64,000 bases of DNA. Origin: Bacteroidia bacterium (GTDB lineage: Bacteria; Bacteroidota; Bacteroidia; M30B66). A program made the position numbers and the translations under genes. The first letter of the stretch is position 1. Every line of letters begins with the position of its first letter. The stretch lies in assembly GCA_965279035.1 (NCBI GenBank), contig OZ257142.1, forward strand, positions 1,216,001 through 1,280,000, written 5' to 3'. Below the pieces are notes generated by a model that saw only the letters and a program-made list of their open reading frames with translations, had not been told where the DNA came from and did no database searches. This document shows positions 49,538 to 59,399 of the stretch, piece by piece.

Positions 49538-51004
49538 TCAATAATAGGTCAATCGAATAACATCAGCAATGTGTTTTGCATAACGTATTACCTGACGTGT
49601 GTAGCCATATTCGTTATCGTACCAAACATACAATACAATGTTGCGTTTATCATTAGCTACGATAGTTGCAGGGCTATCTACAATGGATGCACATGGATTC
49701 CCAATCAAATCGCTTGATACCAATTCATTCGAAATCGAATATTGAATTTGTTCTACTAGATCTCCTTTTAAAGCAGCATTTCTTAAAACGCTGTTTACAT
49801 CATCTTTACTTGTATCAGTTTCAACTGTGAGTTTTAAAATCGCTAATGAAACATCGGGTGTTGGTACTCTCACAGAATTGGAAGTCAATTTACCTGCTAA
49901 TTCTGGAATTACCTTCGTTACAGCACTTCCTGCACCTGTTTCTGTAATAACCATATTCAATGCAGCAGAACGACCTCTACGGTATTTCTTATGGAAATTA
50001 TCCAATAAATTCTGATCGTTTGTATAAGAGTGAATAGTTTCGATATGACCAGTTGAAATTCCTAGATTTTTCTGAATCACTTTTAGAATTGGAACAATCG
50101 CATTGGTCGTACATGAAGCAGCTGAAAATATAGTTTCAGTTGTATGGTCGCATGATGCATGATTTACCCCATGAACAATATTAGGAATATCTCCTTTTCC
50201 TGGAGCAGTTAACAATACTTTACCAATCCCTTTCGCTTTTAAATGCTCGCTTAATCCTTCACGATCACGAGATGATCCTGTGTTGTCGATTAACAATGCA
50301 TCATGAATCCCAAATGAACTATAATCAATTTCTGCTGGATTACTTCCTGCAATCATTTTGACTGTATGTCCATTTATGATTAGTGCTTTATTTTCAAAAT
50401 CTTCGATCACAGTTCCTGGAAATGGACCATGCACTGAATCTGTTCTTAATAAAGCAGCTCTTTTACTAATATCTTCATTCGAATTGCTTCGTGTAACAAT
50501 AGCTCTTAATCGTAGTTGTTCACCTTTTCCAGCTTGTATAATTAACTCTCTTGCTGCAATTCTACCAATTCTACCAAAACCATATAAAACGATGTCTTTG
50601 GGTTTTAAAACGCGTTTGTCTTTACCTAAAAAAGAACTTAATTTATCTGAAATAAAAACAGAAGCAGATTCATAAGCTGCTTTTTCATTTAGCCATTCTG
50701 TTGCTAATCGTCCAATATCTAATCTTGCAGGTGCAATTTCAGCTGAAAGAATTTCTTTCGCTAGCAATAATGTATCTTGAATAGTAATCGGTTTTCCAAC
50801 CATATTCAACGCATAATTATGCAATTGAAGAATCTCACTCGCACTTCTATCAACTAATTGATTCCGAAAAATTACTAATTCAATACTGCGATCAAACCAT
50901 AATTCTCCAATAATATGGATGAGTTCAATTGCTGCTTTTTCATCCCTGATCCACTCATTCAGTTCGGTTTCATAGGCTGTAGCAGAACCATTTTCCTTTG
51001 ACAT
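49538..51004 (-). CDS. Glyceraldehyde-3-phosphate dehydrogenase, long form with ~130-aa N-terminal extension
   Basis: GFGRIG, SAASCTTN, HSYTNDQ, RVPT, WYDNEYGY. Confidence 0.93.
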   Translation of the reverse strand: MSKENGSATAYETELNEWIRDEKAAIELIHIIGELWFDRSIELVIFRNQLVDRSASEILQLHNYALNMVGKPITIQDTLLLAKEILSAEIAPARLDIGRLATEWLNEKAAYESASVFISDKLSSFLGKDKRVLKPKDIVLYGFGRIGRIAARELIIQAGKGEQLRLRAIVTRSNSNEDISKRAALLRTDSVHGPFPGTVIEDFENKALIINGHTVKMIAGSNPAEIDYSSFGIHDALLIDNTGSSRDREGLSEHLKAKGIGKVLLTAPGKGDIPNIVHGVNHASCDHTTETIFSAASCTTNAIVPILKVIQKNLGISTGHIETIHSYTNDQNLLDNFHKKYRRGRSAALNMVITETGAGSAVTKVIPELAGKLTSNSVRVPTPDVSLAILKLTVETDTSKDDVNSVLRNAALKGDLVEQIQYSISNELVSSDLIGNPCASIVDSPATIVANDKRNIVLYVWYDNEYGYTRQVIRYAKHIADVIRLTYY

Positions 51005-51094
51005 AGTGTTATTGTTTGAGATTTGCGACGCGAAATTATGAATTTCTACATCCTAATCACGAAAGAGTTCATCCTTTTATCAAATACCAAATAC

Positions 51095-51131
51095 AAAAAA
51101 AGCCCGTCTTTTATTATAAAGACGGGCTTTT
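51095..51131 (-). terminator. Intrinsic terminator of degP
   Basis: GCCCGTCTTT-loop-AAAGACGGGC with T7 on the minus strand. Confidence 0.88.
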
Positions 51132-51147
51132 CTATTCGCAGATATTT

Positions 51148-52590
51148 TTAAATACCCAAACCGTAATATGCTCTTGCCCCATTTGGATATAATCCTTCAA
51201 TTAGGAGGCCTTTTCTTTCGGATTTTAAAGCTTCAGTCAGGTCTTCAATCGAGTTTACAGCCTTTTCACCAATGTTGGTTATAATAAAACCTTCTCGAAT
51301 GCCGATGTTTCTTAATCTTCCTTCTCGGATATTTTGGACTCGAAGTCCATTTTGGATTTTCAGAGCACTTTTCTCATTTGAATTAATTGGAGTGAATTCA
51401 GCACCTAATTCTTCTTTTATCGACTCAGTATACCGTACTAGACGAGTATCTCCATTTTTATTTTTAAGCACAACTGAAATCTCTTTTTCACTTCCGCCTC
51501 TGTTAATGGTTAATTGAACCTTGTCTCCTGGTCTGTATCGACCTATTTGTTCTTGTAATTCAGGAACATTATTAACAGTCACATCTTGAATCTTCAAAAT
51601 AATATCTCCTTCTTTTACACCACTTTCTTCGGCGGCTCCACCTGCATTTAAACCTGAAACATACACACCTTTTAATTCAGAAATATCTTTTCTTTTACCT
51701 AAATCGGCGTTCAAGTCTTCTAAGACTACGCCTATAAATGCTCTTTGTACTTCTCCAAATTCCAAAAGATCAGCAACAACCTTTCGAACAATATTGACTG
51801 GAACTGCGAAAGAATATCCTGAATAAGATCCTGTATTAGAAGCAATAGCTGAATTTATTCCGATAAGCTCCCCATTGGCGTTTACTAATGCTCCTCCGCT
51901 ATTTCCTGGATTCACTGCGGCATCTGTTTGAATAAAGGATTCTATCGCAAATTTCTCATTTAAAATATTGATGTTTCGTCCTTTAGCACTGATGATTCCG
52001 GCTGTTACTGTAGATGTTAAACTAAAGGGATTTCCAACGGCAAGAGCCCATTCACCTACTTTTACTTGATCAGAATTTCCGTAATAAATGAATGGGAGAT
52101 TTTTAGCATCTACTTTCAACAAAGCTAAATCGGTGCTTGGATCTCGCCCAATAACTTCTGCATTATATTCACGTTTGTCATTTAAAACGATTTCAACTTT
52201 ATCTGCATTTTGAATCACATGGTTATTTGTTACGATATAACCATCTTCCGATATAATAACACCTGAACCAGATGCCATCGCTTTTTGAGCTGGTGCATCC
52301 CGGTAAGGGTTTCCAAAAAAGAAATCATAAAAAGGATCATAGCTAGCAGCTCTTCTATTATTTGTGACTGTTTTTACATGGACAACTCCATGTACTGATT
52401 GTTCTGCAGCTTGAGTTAAATCTGGGGCATTTGATAAATTGCTTCCATGAACGGATGTTTGTTGTACCGGTAAACGTTCACTTGTCAATCTTTCAAATCC
52501 ATCTGGTGATGAATAGAAAAAGTGACTGAAGCTCAATGCTGCTAAGCCCCCCACACAAGCAATTCCGAGGGTTGAAAGAAACTTTTTCAT
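51148..52590 (-). CDS. DegP/HtrA (Do family) serine protease with two PDZ domains
   Basis: GSGVII, TNNHV, DLAL, QTDAAVNPGNSGG. Confidence 0.95.
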   Translation of the reverse strand: MKKFLSTLGIACVGGLAALSFSHFFYSSPDGFERLTSERLPVQQTSVHGSNLSNAPDLTQAAEQSVHGVVHVKTVTNNRRAASYDPFYDFFFGNPYRDAPAQKAMASGSGVIISEDGYIVTNNHVIQNADKVEIVLNDKREYNAEVIGRDPSTDLALLKVDAKNLPFIYYGNSDQVKVGEWALAVGNPFSLTSTVTAGIISAKGRNINILNEKFAIESFIQTDAAVNPGNSGGALVNANGELIGINSAIASNTGSYSGYSFAVPVNIVRKVVADLLEFGEVQRAFIGVVLEDLNADLGKRKDISELKGVYVSGLNAGGAAEESGVKEGDIILKIQDVTVNNVPELQEQIGRYRPGDKVQLTINRGGSEKEISVVLKNKNGDTRLVRYTESIKEELGAEFTPINSNEKSALKIQNGLRVQNIREGRLRNIGIREGFIITNIGEKAVNSIEDLTEALKSERKGLLIEGLYPNGARAYYGLGI

Positions 52591-52795
52591 AGTAAAATTT
52601 TAGTGTTTTTTAAAATTCGCCCTCAAAAATAATGCCTTCAGATAAGTAAAACAACAATGAACATTTTGCTGTTTATCATTCATTTTGAAAGCAATTCGTT
52701 TAAGGTCTGTTTTCATTTAGGTTTGCACATGAACGGTTGAAACGAAATTCTGTTGTTTCTATTTCTAGTTTTAACCTTTATTTTGAATTGATTGA

Positions 52796-53467
52796 ATGAA
52801 AAATCAAGGTGGTAAAACAATTTTCTTTCTCAGCGGAATCTTAATTGGGATTCTTGCCGGGCTTGGATTGGTATTTATTCTCCTCAACGATATTAATCCT
52901 TTTGCAATATTTAAATCATCTGGAAATAATTCGTATGACACACTTGTCGACAAAACACAAAAAAATGAAACGACTTTAGTGAGGTCTCCAAAAAATCGTC
53001 TCGAAAAAAATACTCAACAAAATACTGAGTTCATTGATACTTCAAACTCAACTGTTCCTTTTGATTCAAATTCAAATTTAACAGATGAGCAATTGAATTC
53101 GGATGATATTATTGTCCAAAGGGATAAACTCATTGAAACGCGTGAATTGAAATTAATTCAGATTGAAAAGAATGGATCTAAAGGAAAATCCGATTCTTTA
53201 CTGAAAGTCTTTCAAGGATCTTCTTCGAATTCAATTGAATTTAGAATTGAATTCTGGAATTCTCCAATCAATTACAAAGGATATAAATTTGTCAGAAATG
53301 TTATTGTGGCTTTTGGTTTAGATACCCAAGATCCAAGCAAATTATTTCTTTTCGAAGACAAATATTATCTCAAACACGGAGCTTCGGTTTTTAAAATAAT
53401 GAATACCGAAAAATTCGAACCGTATTATAAAGTCACTGACGAGAACTTGATAAAACAATTACGTTGA
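52796..53467 (+). CDS. Hypothetical protein with N-terminal membrane anchor
   Basis: One N-terminal TM helix, polar linker, aromatic-rich C-terminal domain (EFWNSPINYKGYK); overlaps the dapF start. Confidence 0.65.
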   Translation: MKNQGGKTIFFLSGILIGILAGLGLVFILLNDINPFAIFKSSGNNSYDTLVDKTQKNETTLVRSPKNRLEKNTQQNTEFIDTSNSTVPFDSNSNLTDEQLNSDDIIVQRDKLIETRELKLIQIEKNGSKGKSDSLLKVFQGSSSNSIEFRIEFWNSPINYKGYKFVRNVIVAFGLDTQDPSKLFLFEDKYYLKHGASVFKIMNTEKFEPYYKVTDENLIKQLR

Positions 53468-54261
53468 TGCGTATTAAATTTCAAAAATACCAAGCAGCAG
53501 GAAACGATTTCATTTTAATTGATGATCGAGATCGAAAATTTGATGTTAAGAATAGCAGTCTAATTCAGACTTTGTGTCATCGCAGATTTGGAATTGGAGC
53601 CGATGGATTGATTTTATTTCGTACCGATCCTACTGTCGACTTTAGAATGATTTATTTTAATTCTGATGGATATGAAGGTTCGATGTGCGGAAATGGTGGA
53701 CGTTGTGCAGCTGCATTTGGGGCGCAGTTCTTCCCCGAAAAACATCAGTTTAGTTTTAATGCTTTTGATGGATTGCATACTGCCGAATTATTGTCCTCTA
53801 AAGGAGATGGATTTATTGTTCGACTTCAAATGCAACAAGTAGCACTACCAGAAATTATTGGAGAAGATCTCTTATTAAATACAGGTTCTCCTCACTACGT
53901 TCATTTTGTAGAAGACGCTGGAGCCATTGACGTACCAACTGAAGGTCGGACAATTCGAAATTCAACACGATTTTTACGTGAAGGAGTGAATGTTAATTTT
54001 GTTGAAGTTCATCGAGATTCACTTACTGTTAGGACCTATGAAAGAGGTGTTGAAGAAGAAACACTTTCCTGCGGAACAGGAGTAACGGCATCAGTAATTG
54101 CCGCATTTGTTCGTGGTAAAATTAGCAATCAACCGGTTCAGGTTTTTACTCGTGGAGGTGAAATGAAAGTATCTTTTAATCCTTCTCCAGAAGGCGATTT
54201 TAACGATGTCTTCCTCACTGGAGAAGCAATGCCAGTTTTTATGGGCGAGATAGAATTATGA
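53467..54261 (+). CDS. dapF: Diaminopimelate epimerase
   Basis: KY.AAGNDF, GIGADG, MCGNGGRC, GSPH, NVNF, TYERGVE.ET.SCGTG. Confidence 0.97.
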   Translation: MRIKFQKYQAAGNDFILIDDRDRKFDVKNSSLIQTLCHRRFGIGADGLILFRTDPTVDFRMIYFNSDGYEGSMCGNGGRCAAAFGAQFFPEKHQFSFNAFDGLHTAELLSSKGDGFIVRLQMQQVALPEIIGEDLLLNTGSPHYVHFVEDAGAIDVPTEGRTIRNSTRFLREGVNVNFVEVHRDSLTVRTYERGVEEETLSCGTGVTASVIAAFVRGKISNQPVQVFTRGGEMKVSFNPSPEGDFNDVFLTGEAMPVFMGEIEL

Positions 54262-54797
54262 GTTTTTCATATCCACTGAAAAATATTGTTCCTTTAGAAT
54301 TACCTCTAGATAATCATCCACATATCTTAATTCTCCATGCGGACAAACAACCTGTTCATGTTGCTTTCGTTTGGAATGAACTCTATTATTCCCTTACTTA
54401 CAAAGGTCCCGAAACAGCTATTCCTCTCTCTACTCGACTTAAATTAATTCGAATTCGTCGAATTCCTTGTCTGTGGTTAAAACTAAATCTCCCCTTAATT
54501 TCAATAAATAAAGAAAGAATTAATTCAATTTTTAATCAATATCCTCCTTTAAATAGTAGCGAAACTTGCTTAACTCCCATTTGGGATTTTCTTCAAATAG
54601 CTTATTCTATCCCCTCAGGAAAGCCACTTATTTTTGGCTTGCTTGATTCAATTGCAGAACATAAACTCTTATTACAAATTGCCTCTTTTCAATTAGATAA
54701 TATTGTTAATGGAGAATTTTCTCTGCCTTATTATTCCTCTGAAAGCGTTGAAAATAGAATCACTTTATTAGCATCTACTTTGAAAAAGAAATTCTGA
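54258..54797 (+). CDS. Hypothetical protein (possible permuted papain-like fold)
   Basis: ATGA-coupled to dapF; His in PVHVAF precedes Cys in ETCL. Confidence 0.55.
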   Translation: MSFSYPLKNIVPLELPLDNHPHILILHADKQPVHVAFVWNELYYSLTYKGPETAIPLSTRLKLIRIRRIPCLWLKLNLPLISINKERINSIFNQYPPLNSSETCLTPIWDFLQIAYSIPSGKPLIFGLLDSIAEHKLLLQIASFQLDNIVNGEFSLPYYSSESVENRITLLASTLKKKF

Positions 54798-54846
54798 TGT
54801 AACTTTTGCATCTTTATTTTACTCAAAGTTTCCCAATCCTATTTCT

Positions 54847-57800
54847 ATGAAGTTATTCTATACGTTTCTTACTTTATTCTTTTTATCAATCAGTTCAATA
54901 AATCTTAAAGCTCAAGAGGATAAATTAATTCCTCCAATAGCTCCTCGTTCATTTTGGTCAGATACCATTCATGGAGACATTCGTTTGGATGAATATCATT
55001 GGATGAGGCAGAAAACAGAACCTCAAACAATCAATCATCTCTATGCCGAAAATGGGTATTCCGACAGAGTAATGGCTGGTTCTTCATTATTAATGAAGAA
55101 AATGTTTGAAGAATTAAAAAGCCGAATTCCAGACAAAACTGAATCCTTACCATCTCGATTAAAAAAGTACCTCTATTATTCTCGATATGAATCGGGAATG
55201 GATTATCCAGTCTATTATAGAAAAGCCGATTCTTTAAATTCAACAGAGAAACTATTAATCGACTTTAATGAAATCGCAAAATCTTATAATTATTTCAATA
55301 TCGCAGCACTAGGAATTAGCCCTGACAATCAGAAAATGTATTATGGAGTTGATGGAAAAGGAGATCGAATCTTCAATCTGTATTTTAAAAATTTACAAAC
55401 TGATGCGTATTTGTCTGATACATTGAAAGGAATAAATGGTGTTTGTTGGTTAGGCAATGATGCTGTATTATATACTGTTCCAGAAGCAAATACAAAACGT
55501 TCTTTTAAAGTAATTAAACATGTTTTAGGTAGACCTTTAACCGAAGACATTCTTTTATTCGAAGAGAAGGACGTAACGTTTAATATTGGCTTATCACGTT
55601 CAGATTCAGAACGTTTTATCTTCCTTGTTAGTTCTCAAACACTTTCGGATGAAGTTTGGATTATGGACGTCCAAAACAGTGAAGCTGGATTTCGAATCAT
55701 TGAACCGCGAAGAAAAAATCATTTATATAGTTTAGAGCATTATGAAGGTGATCAATTTTACATTTTATCTGATGATAATGCTCCGAATCAAAAAATACTC
55801 ACCTGTCCAATAAATACTCCTCAACAGAAATATTGGAAAGAATTAATTCCTCATCGAAGTGATGTATTGATTGCTGGTTTTCAAATATCCAACGGGAAAA
55901 TAATTCTAACAGAACAATTCGATGCACGTCAACGTGTTGCAGTAATTGATCCTAAAGATTTATCAAAAACATATTTACCAATTCCAGAAGAACCAGCATC
56001 GGTTGGAGTAAGCGGCTATTACGAATTTAATGAACCTAAAATTCGCTATTCATTTTCCAGCAATCGATTTCCAACTGAAGTTTGGGATTATGATTTAAAT
56101 TCTGGTGAAAGAGTATTAATTCGAAGAGATACTGTGAAAGGAGGATACAATCCAGATAATTATATTTCTGAACGTATTTATGCGACTGCTTCTGATAGCA
56201 CCCAAATCCCAATAACATTAATCTATAAAAAAGGACTAAAAAAAGACGGAAATAATCCTACTTGGTTAAGCGCCTATGGTTCATATGGCAATCCTTCACT
56301 TCCAGGATTTTCAACAGGAAATTTAGCCTTATTAGATAGAGGTTTCGTGGTTGCTGAAGCTCATATTCGTGGTGGAAATGATTGTGGTCGACTTTGGTAC
56401 GAAAACGGAAAACTCCTAAAAAAGAAAAATACGTTTACTGATTTTATAGCCTGTGCAGAGAAACTAATTTCAGATGCATATACAAACCCTAAAAAATTAG
56501 CTATACAAGGCGGTAGTGCAGGAGGATTATTAATGGGAGCAGTAGTTAATATGCGTCCTGATTTATTTGCAGCTGTTGTTGCAAATGTTCCTTTTGTTGA
56601 TGTTGTAAACACAATGCTAGACCCAACATTGCCCTTAACAACCTTTGAATACGATGAATGGGGAAATCCGAATGATCCCGTTTATTATAATTACATAAAA
56701 TCCTATGCTCCTTATGAAAATGTAAAATCCCAGAATTATCCTTCGATGTTGGTTACTGGTGGTTACAATGATTCTCAAGTACCTTATTGGGAGCCAGCAA
56801 AATGGGTTGCTCGTTTAAGAGCACTTAAAACGGATTCAAACCTATTACTTCTAAAAATAAATATGGATGCCGGTCATGGCGGTAGTTCTGGGCGCTTTGG
56901 TGGACTTAAAGACCGATCATTTGAAATGGCTTTTGTTCTTCGTGCTTTAGGTGTGAAAGAGGATTATCTCACCATTAAAGGTCGTACAACCGATACGCAA
57001 GGGAACGAACTTCCTTTTGTCAATGTCTTTATTGAAGGTTCAACCATAGGAACTGCATCTAATGAAAATGGACAGTTTAGCCTTGATCTTCGGCAAAAAA
57101 ATTCTCAAAACATCGTTTTCTCATCGATTGGATTTAAAAAGAAAGTGGTCCCGATCACCTTAAAAACGGATATCAATAATTTAAAAGTAGCCCTTGAACC
57201 CGAGAATTATCAAATTAAAACGTTTGAAGTAAAAGCCAATGCAAAAGATCCTGCTTATGCGGTGATGAAAAATGCAATCAGAATGCGCAAAAGCCATCTT
57301 GAACAAGTAGATGCTTACTCTTCTGATATTTATATAAAGGGAAGCGTTCGCTTGAATGAAATCCCTAAGAAAATGCCATTCTTTATTTCGAAAGAATCTA
57401 TGCCCGATTCAAATGATTTGGGTTTAGTTTATTTATCTGAATCGGTTGCAAGATATCATGTTCGTCAACCTTCGGATTACAAAGAAGAAATGATTGCATC
57501 CAAAATAGCCGGTATGAAACAAGGCTTTAGTTGGAATCGAGTTTCTGATGTACTCTTGAATTTTTACGAAAATCTTGTTGATTTCGATTATTATGCAGAT
57601 CGTGGTTTTGTTTCTCCTGTCTCTGAATCAGCCATGTTTTATTACAAATTTAAAATGATCGGAACGTTCATAGAAAATGGGAAAACAATCAATCGAATTG
57701 CTCTAGAACCTAAACGAAAATCCGATCCATGCTTTCGTGGTGAAATCTTTATTGTGGATGATTCATGGCATATTCACAGTGTGGATATGATGCTTACAAA

Positions 57801-59394
57801 AGATGCCCAAATTCAATATGTGGATACGCTATATATCAAGCAGGAATATGTTCCTATGGAAGATAGCCTTTGGATGCCTCTATCCATGCAGCTGAAAAGT
57901 CACATTAAATTTTTTGGTTTTGGTGCAACAGATAAATCAATAGGTGTTTTTTCAAATTATAAACTTCATCCCGTATATCCGAAAAACTTTTTTGGAAATG
58001 AGGTCTTTAAAGTGGAAGATAAAGCCAATAAAAAAGACACAGTTTATTGGATTGAAACACGCCCAATGACTTTAACTCCCGAAGAAGAGCGAAACTACCG
58101 CAAAGCCGATAGCACCGAAGCTGTTCAAACGACAAAACCCTACATGGATTCTTTAGATAGAATCAACAATAAAATAAGCATTAGCAAAATGCTCATCTCT
58201 GGTCTCTCATTTCGAGATTCCTATAATAAATCAGGATTAAATATCAATCCACTCATTGCCATGGTCTCTTTTAATGCTACCGAAGGTTTGGTTTTTAAGC
58301 CTGTTGTTCAATATTATAAAGCCTATGAAGACAACCATTCCTGGTTTGTAGATGCAGAAGGTCGATATGGAGTTTCAGATAATCGATTCAAAGGTGGACT
58401 GCGTTATTGGACCATGACCAATCGGAAGAAATTTAATTGGTGGCATTTGGAAGCAGGGCGATTTGTTACTCAGTTAAACGGATCAAACCCAATTTCACCT
58501 TTAGTGAATGCAGCATATAGTTTAATCGATAAACAAAATCTAATTCGTCTTTATGATAAAACTGGTGCAACCGTCACATGGAATCGTGAAGTTGTAAATG
58601 GAATTATGCTTCAAGCTGCAGCAACATGGCAGGATCGTAAAAGTTATTCAAATAGAACAGACTACAGTTGGAGCAATAAAACACTTCAACCGTATGCATC
58701 AAACTACTCAGTAGGTTCTGATTCAATCGGAAATCAAACAAATTCTCAATTGGCTGAGATTTCAATCAAAGCGCGGTTTCGAATCAATCAGAAATATGAA
58801 TCCCGTGAGAATTTAAAAATCATCAAAGATTCTAAATGGCCTTCATTTTTTGTCGAATTATCGCAAGCCATCCCTAAAATTGCAGGTTCCGACATTCAAT
58901 ACACGCATCTTGAAGGAGCTATTGGAGATGAACTCAAATTTGGATTATTGGGAGATAGCAAATACAAAATTATTGCTGGTTGCTTTTTAGGAACATCAGG
59001 TATGCAATTCGTCGATAATCAACATTTCAATGGGAATGAGACATTTCTATTAAGAAATTTCAATTCCACCTTGCCGTTCGATTTCTTTCAGTCTTCGCTT
59101 CGTCGATTTAACGCCCTGCATTATTACTCAAACAGTACAAATAACTCTTACCTTGAAATTCATTATGAGCACCAGTTCTATAATTGGTTAACGAATAAAG
59201 TTCCATTGTTGAGAAAAACATTATTTGGAACTGTTGCTGGAGCTAATATTCTTTGGGTAGATCATCACCCATTATACTCCGAACTTTATGTAGGAGTTGA
59301 TAATATTTTGAAAGTTCTTCGGATTGATTTTGTTAGTCAATATACTCCTGGGCAAGCTTTAAAACCCTTGATACGATTTGGGTTGAAACTATAA
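54847..59394 (+). CDS. Exported fusion: oligopeptidase B (S9A) + CarboxypepD_reg-like domain + DUF5686-type outer-membrane domain
   Basis: Signal peptide; D.Y.WMR, HIRGG, GGSAGG, DSQV.YWEPAKW, AGHGG; then IKG..TD..G..LPFVNV.....GT..NENGQF...FSSIGF; then DPAY.VMK.AI, YLSES, FVSP, C-terminal RIDF...RFGLKL. Confidence 0.85.
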   Translation: MKLFYTFLTLFFLSISSINLKAQEDKLIPPIAPRSFWSDTIHGDIRLDEYHWMRQKTEPQTINHLYAENGYSDRVMAGSSLLMKKMFEELKSRIPDKTESLPSRLKKYLYYSRYESGMDYPVYYRKADSLNSTEKLLIDFNEIAKSYNYFNIAALGISPDNQKMYYGVDGKGDRIFNLYFKNLQTDAYLSDTLKGINGVCWLGNDAVLYTVPEANTKRSFKVIKHVLGRPLTEDILLFEEKDVTFNIGLSRSDSERFIFLVSSQTLSDEVWIMDVQNSEAGFRIIEPRRKNHLYSLEHYEGDQFYILSDDNAPNQKILTCPINTPQQKYWKELIPHRSDVLIAGFQISNGKIILTEQFDARQRVAVIDPKDLSKTYLPIPEEPASVGVSGYYEFNEPKIRYSFSSNRFPTEVWDYDLNSGERVLIRRDTVKGGYNPDNYISERIYATASDSTQIPITLIYKKGLKKDGNNPTWLSAYGSYGNPSLPGFSTGNLALLDRGFVVAEAHIRGGNDCGRLWYENGKLLKKKNTFTDFIACAEKLISDAYTNPKKLAIQGGSAGGLLMGAVVNMRPDLFAAVVANVPFVDVVNTMLDPTLPLTTFEYDEWGNPNDPVYYNYIKSYAPYENVKSQNYPSMLVTGGYNDSQVPYWEPAKWVARLRALKTDSNLLLLKINMDAGHGGSSGRFGGLKDRSFEMAFVLRALGVKEDYLTIKGRTTDTQGNELPFVNVFIEGSTIGTASNENGQFSLDLRQKNSQNIVFSSIGFKKKVVPITLKTDINNLKVALEPENYQIKTFEVKANAKDPAYAVMKNAIRMRKSHLEQVDAYSSDIYIKGSVRLNEIPKKMPFFISKESMPDSNDLGLVYLSESVARYHVRQPSDYKEEMIASKIAGMKQGFSWNRVSDVLLNFYENLVDFDYYADRGFVSPVSESAMFYYKFKMIGTFIENGKTINRIALEPKRKSDPCFRGEIFIVDDSWHIHSVDMMLTKDAQIQYVDTLYIKQEYVPMEDSLWMPLSMQLKSHIKFFGFGATDKSIGVFSNYKLHPVYPKNFFGNEVFKVEDKANKKDTVYWIETRPMTLTPEEERNYRKADSTEAVQTTKPYMDSLDRINNKISISKMLISGLSFRDSYNKSGLNINPLIAMVSFNATEGLVFKPVVQYYKAYEDNHSWFVDAEGRYGVSDNRFKGGLRYWTMTNRKKFNWWHLEAGRFVTQLNGSNPISPLVNAAYSLIDKQNLIRLYDKTGATVTWNREVVNGIMLQAAATWQDRKSYSNRTDYSWSNKTLQPYASNYSVGSDSIGNQTNSQLAEISIKARFRINQKYESRENLKIIKDSKWPSFFVELSQAIPKIAGSDIQYTHLEGAIGDELKFGLLGDSKYKIIAGCFLGTSGMQFVDNQHFNGNETFLLRNFNSTLPFDFFQSSLRRFNALHYYSNSTNNSYLEIHYEHQFYNWLTNKVPLLRKTLFGTVAGANILWVDHHPLYSELYVGVDNILKVLRIDFVSQYTPGQALKPLIRFGLKL

Positions 59395-59399
59395 TATGC

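Noticed and set aside
49538-51004. GAPDH N-terminal extension as a novel fusion
   Set aside because: Long-form GAPDH of about 480 aa is a known, widespread subfamily.
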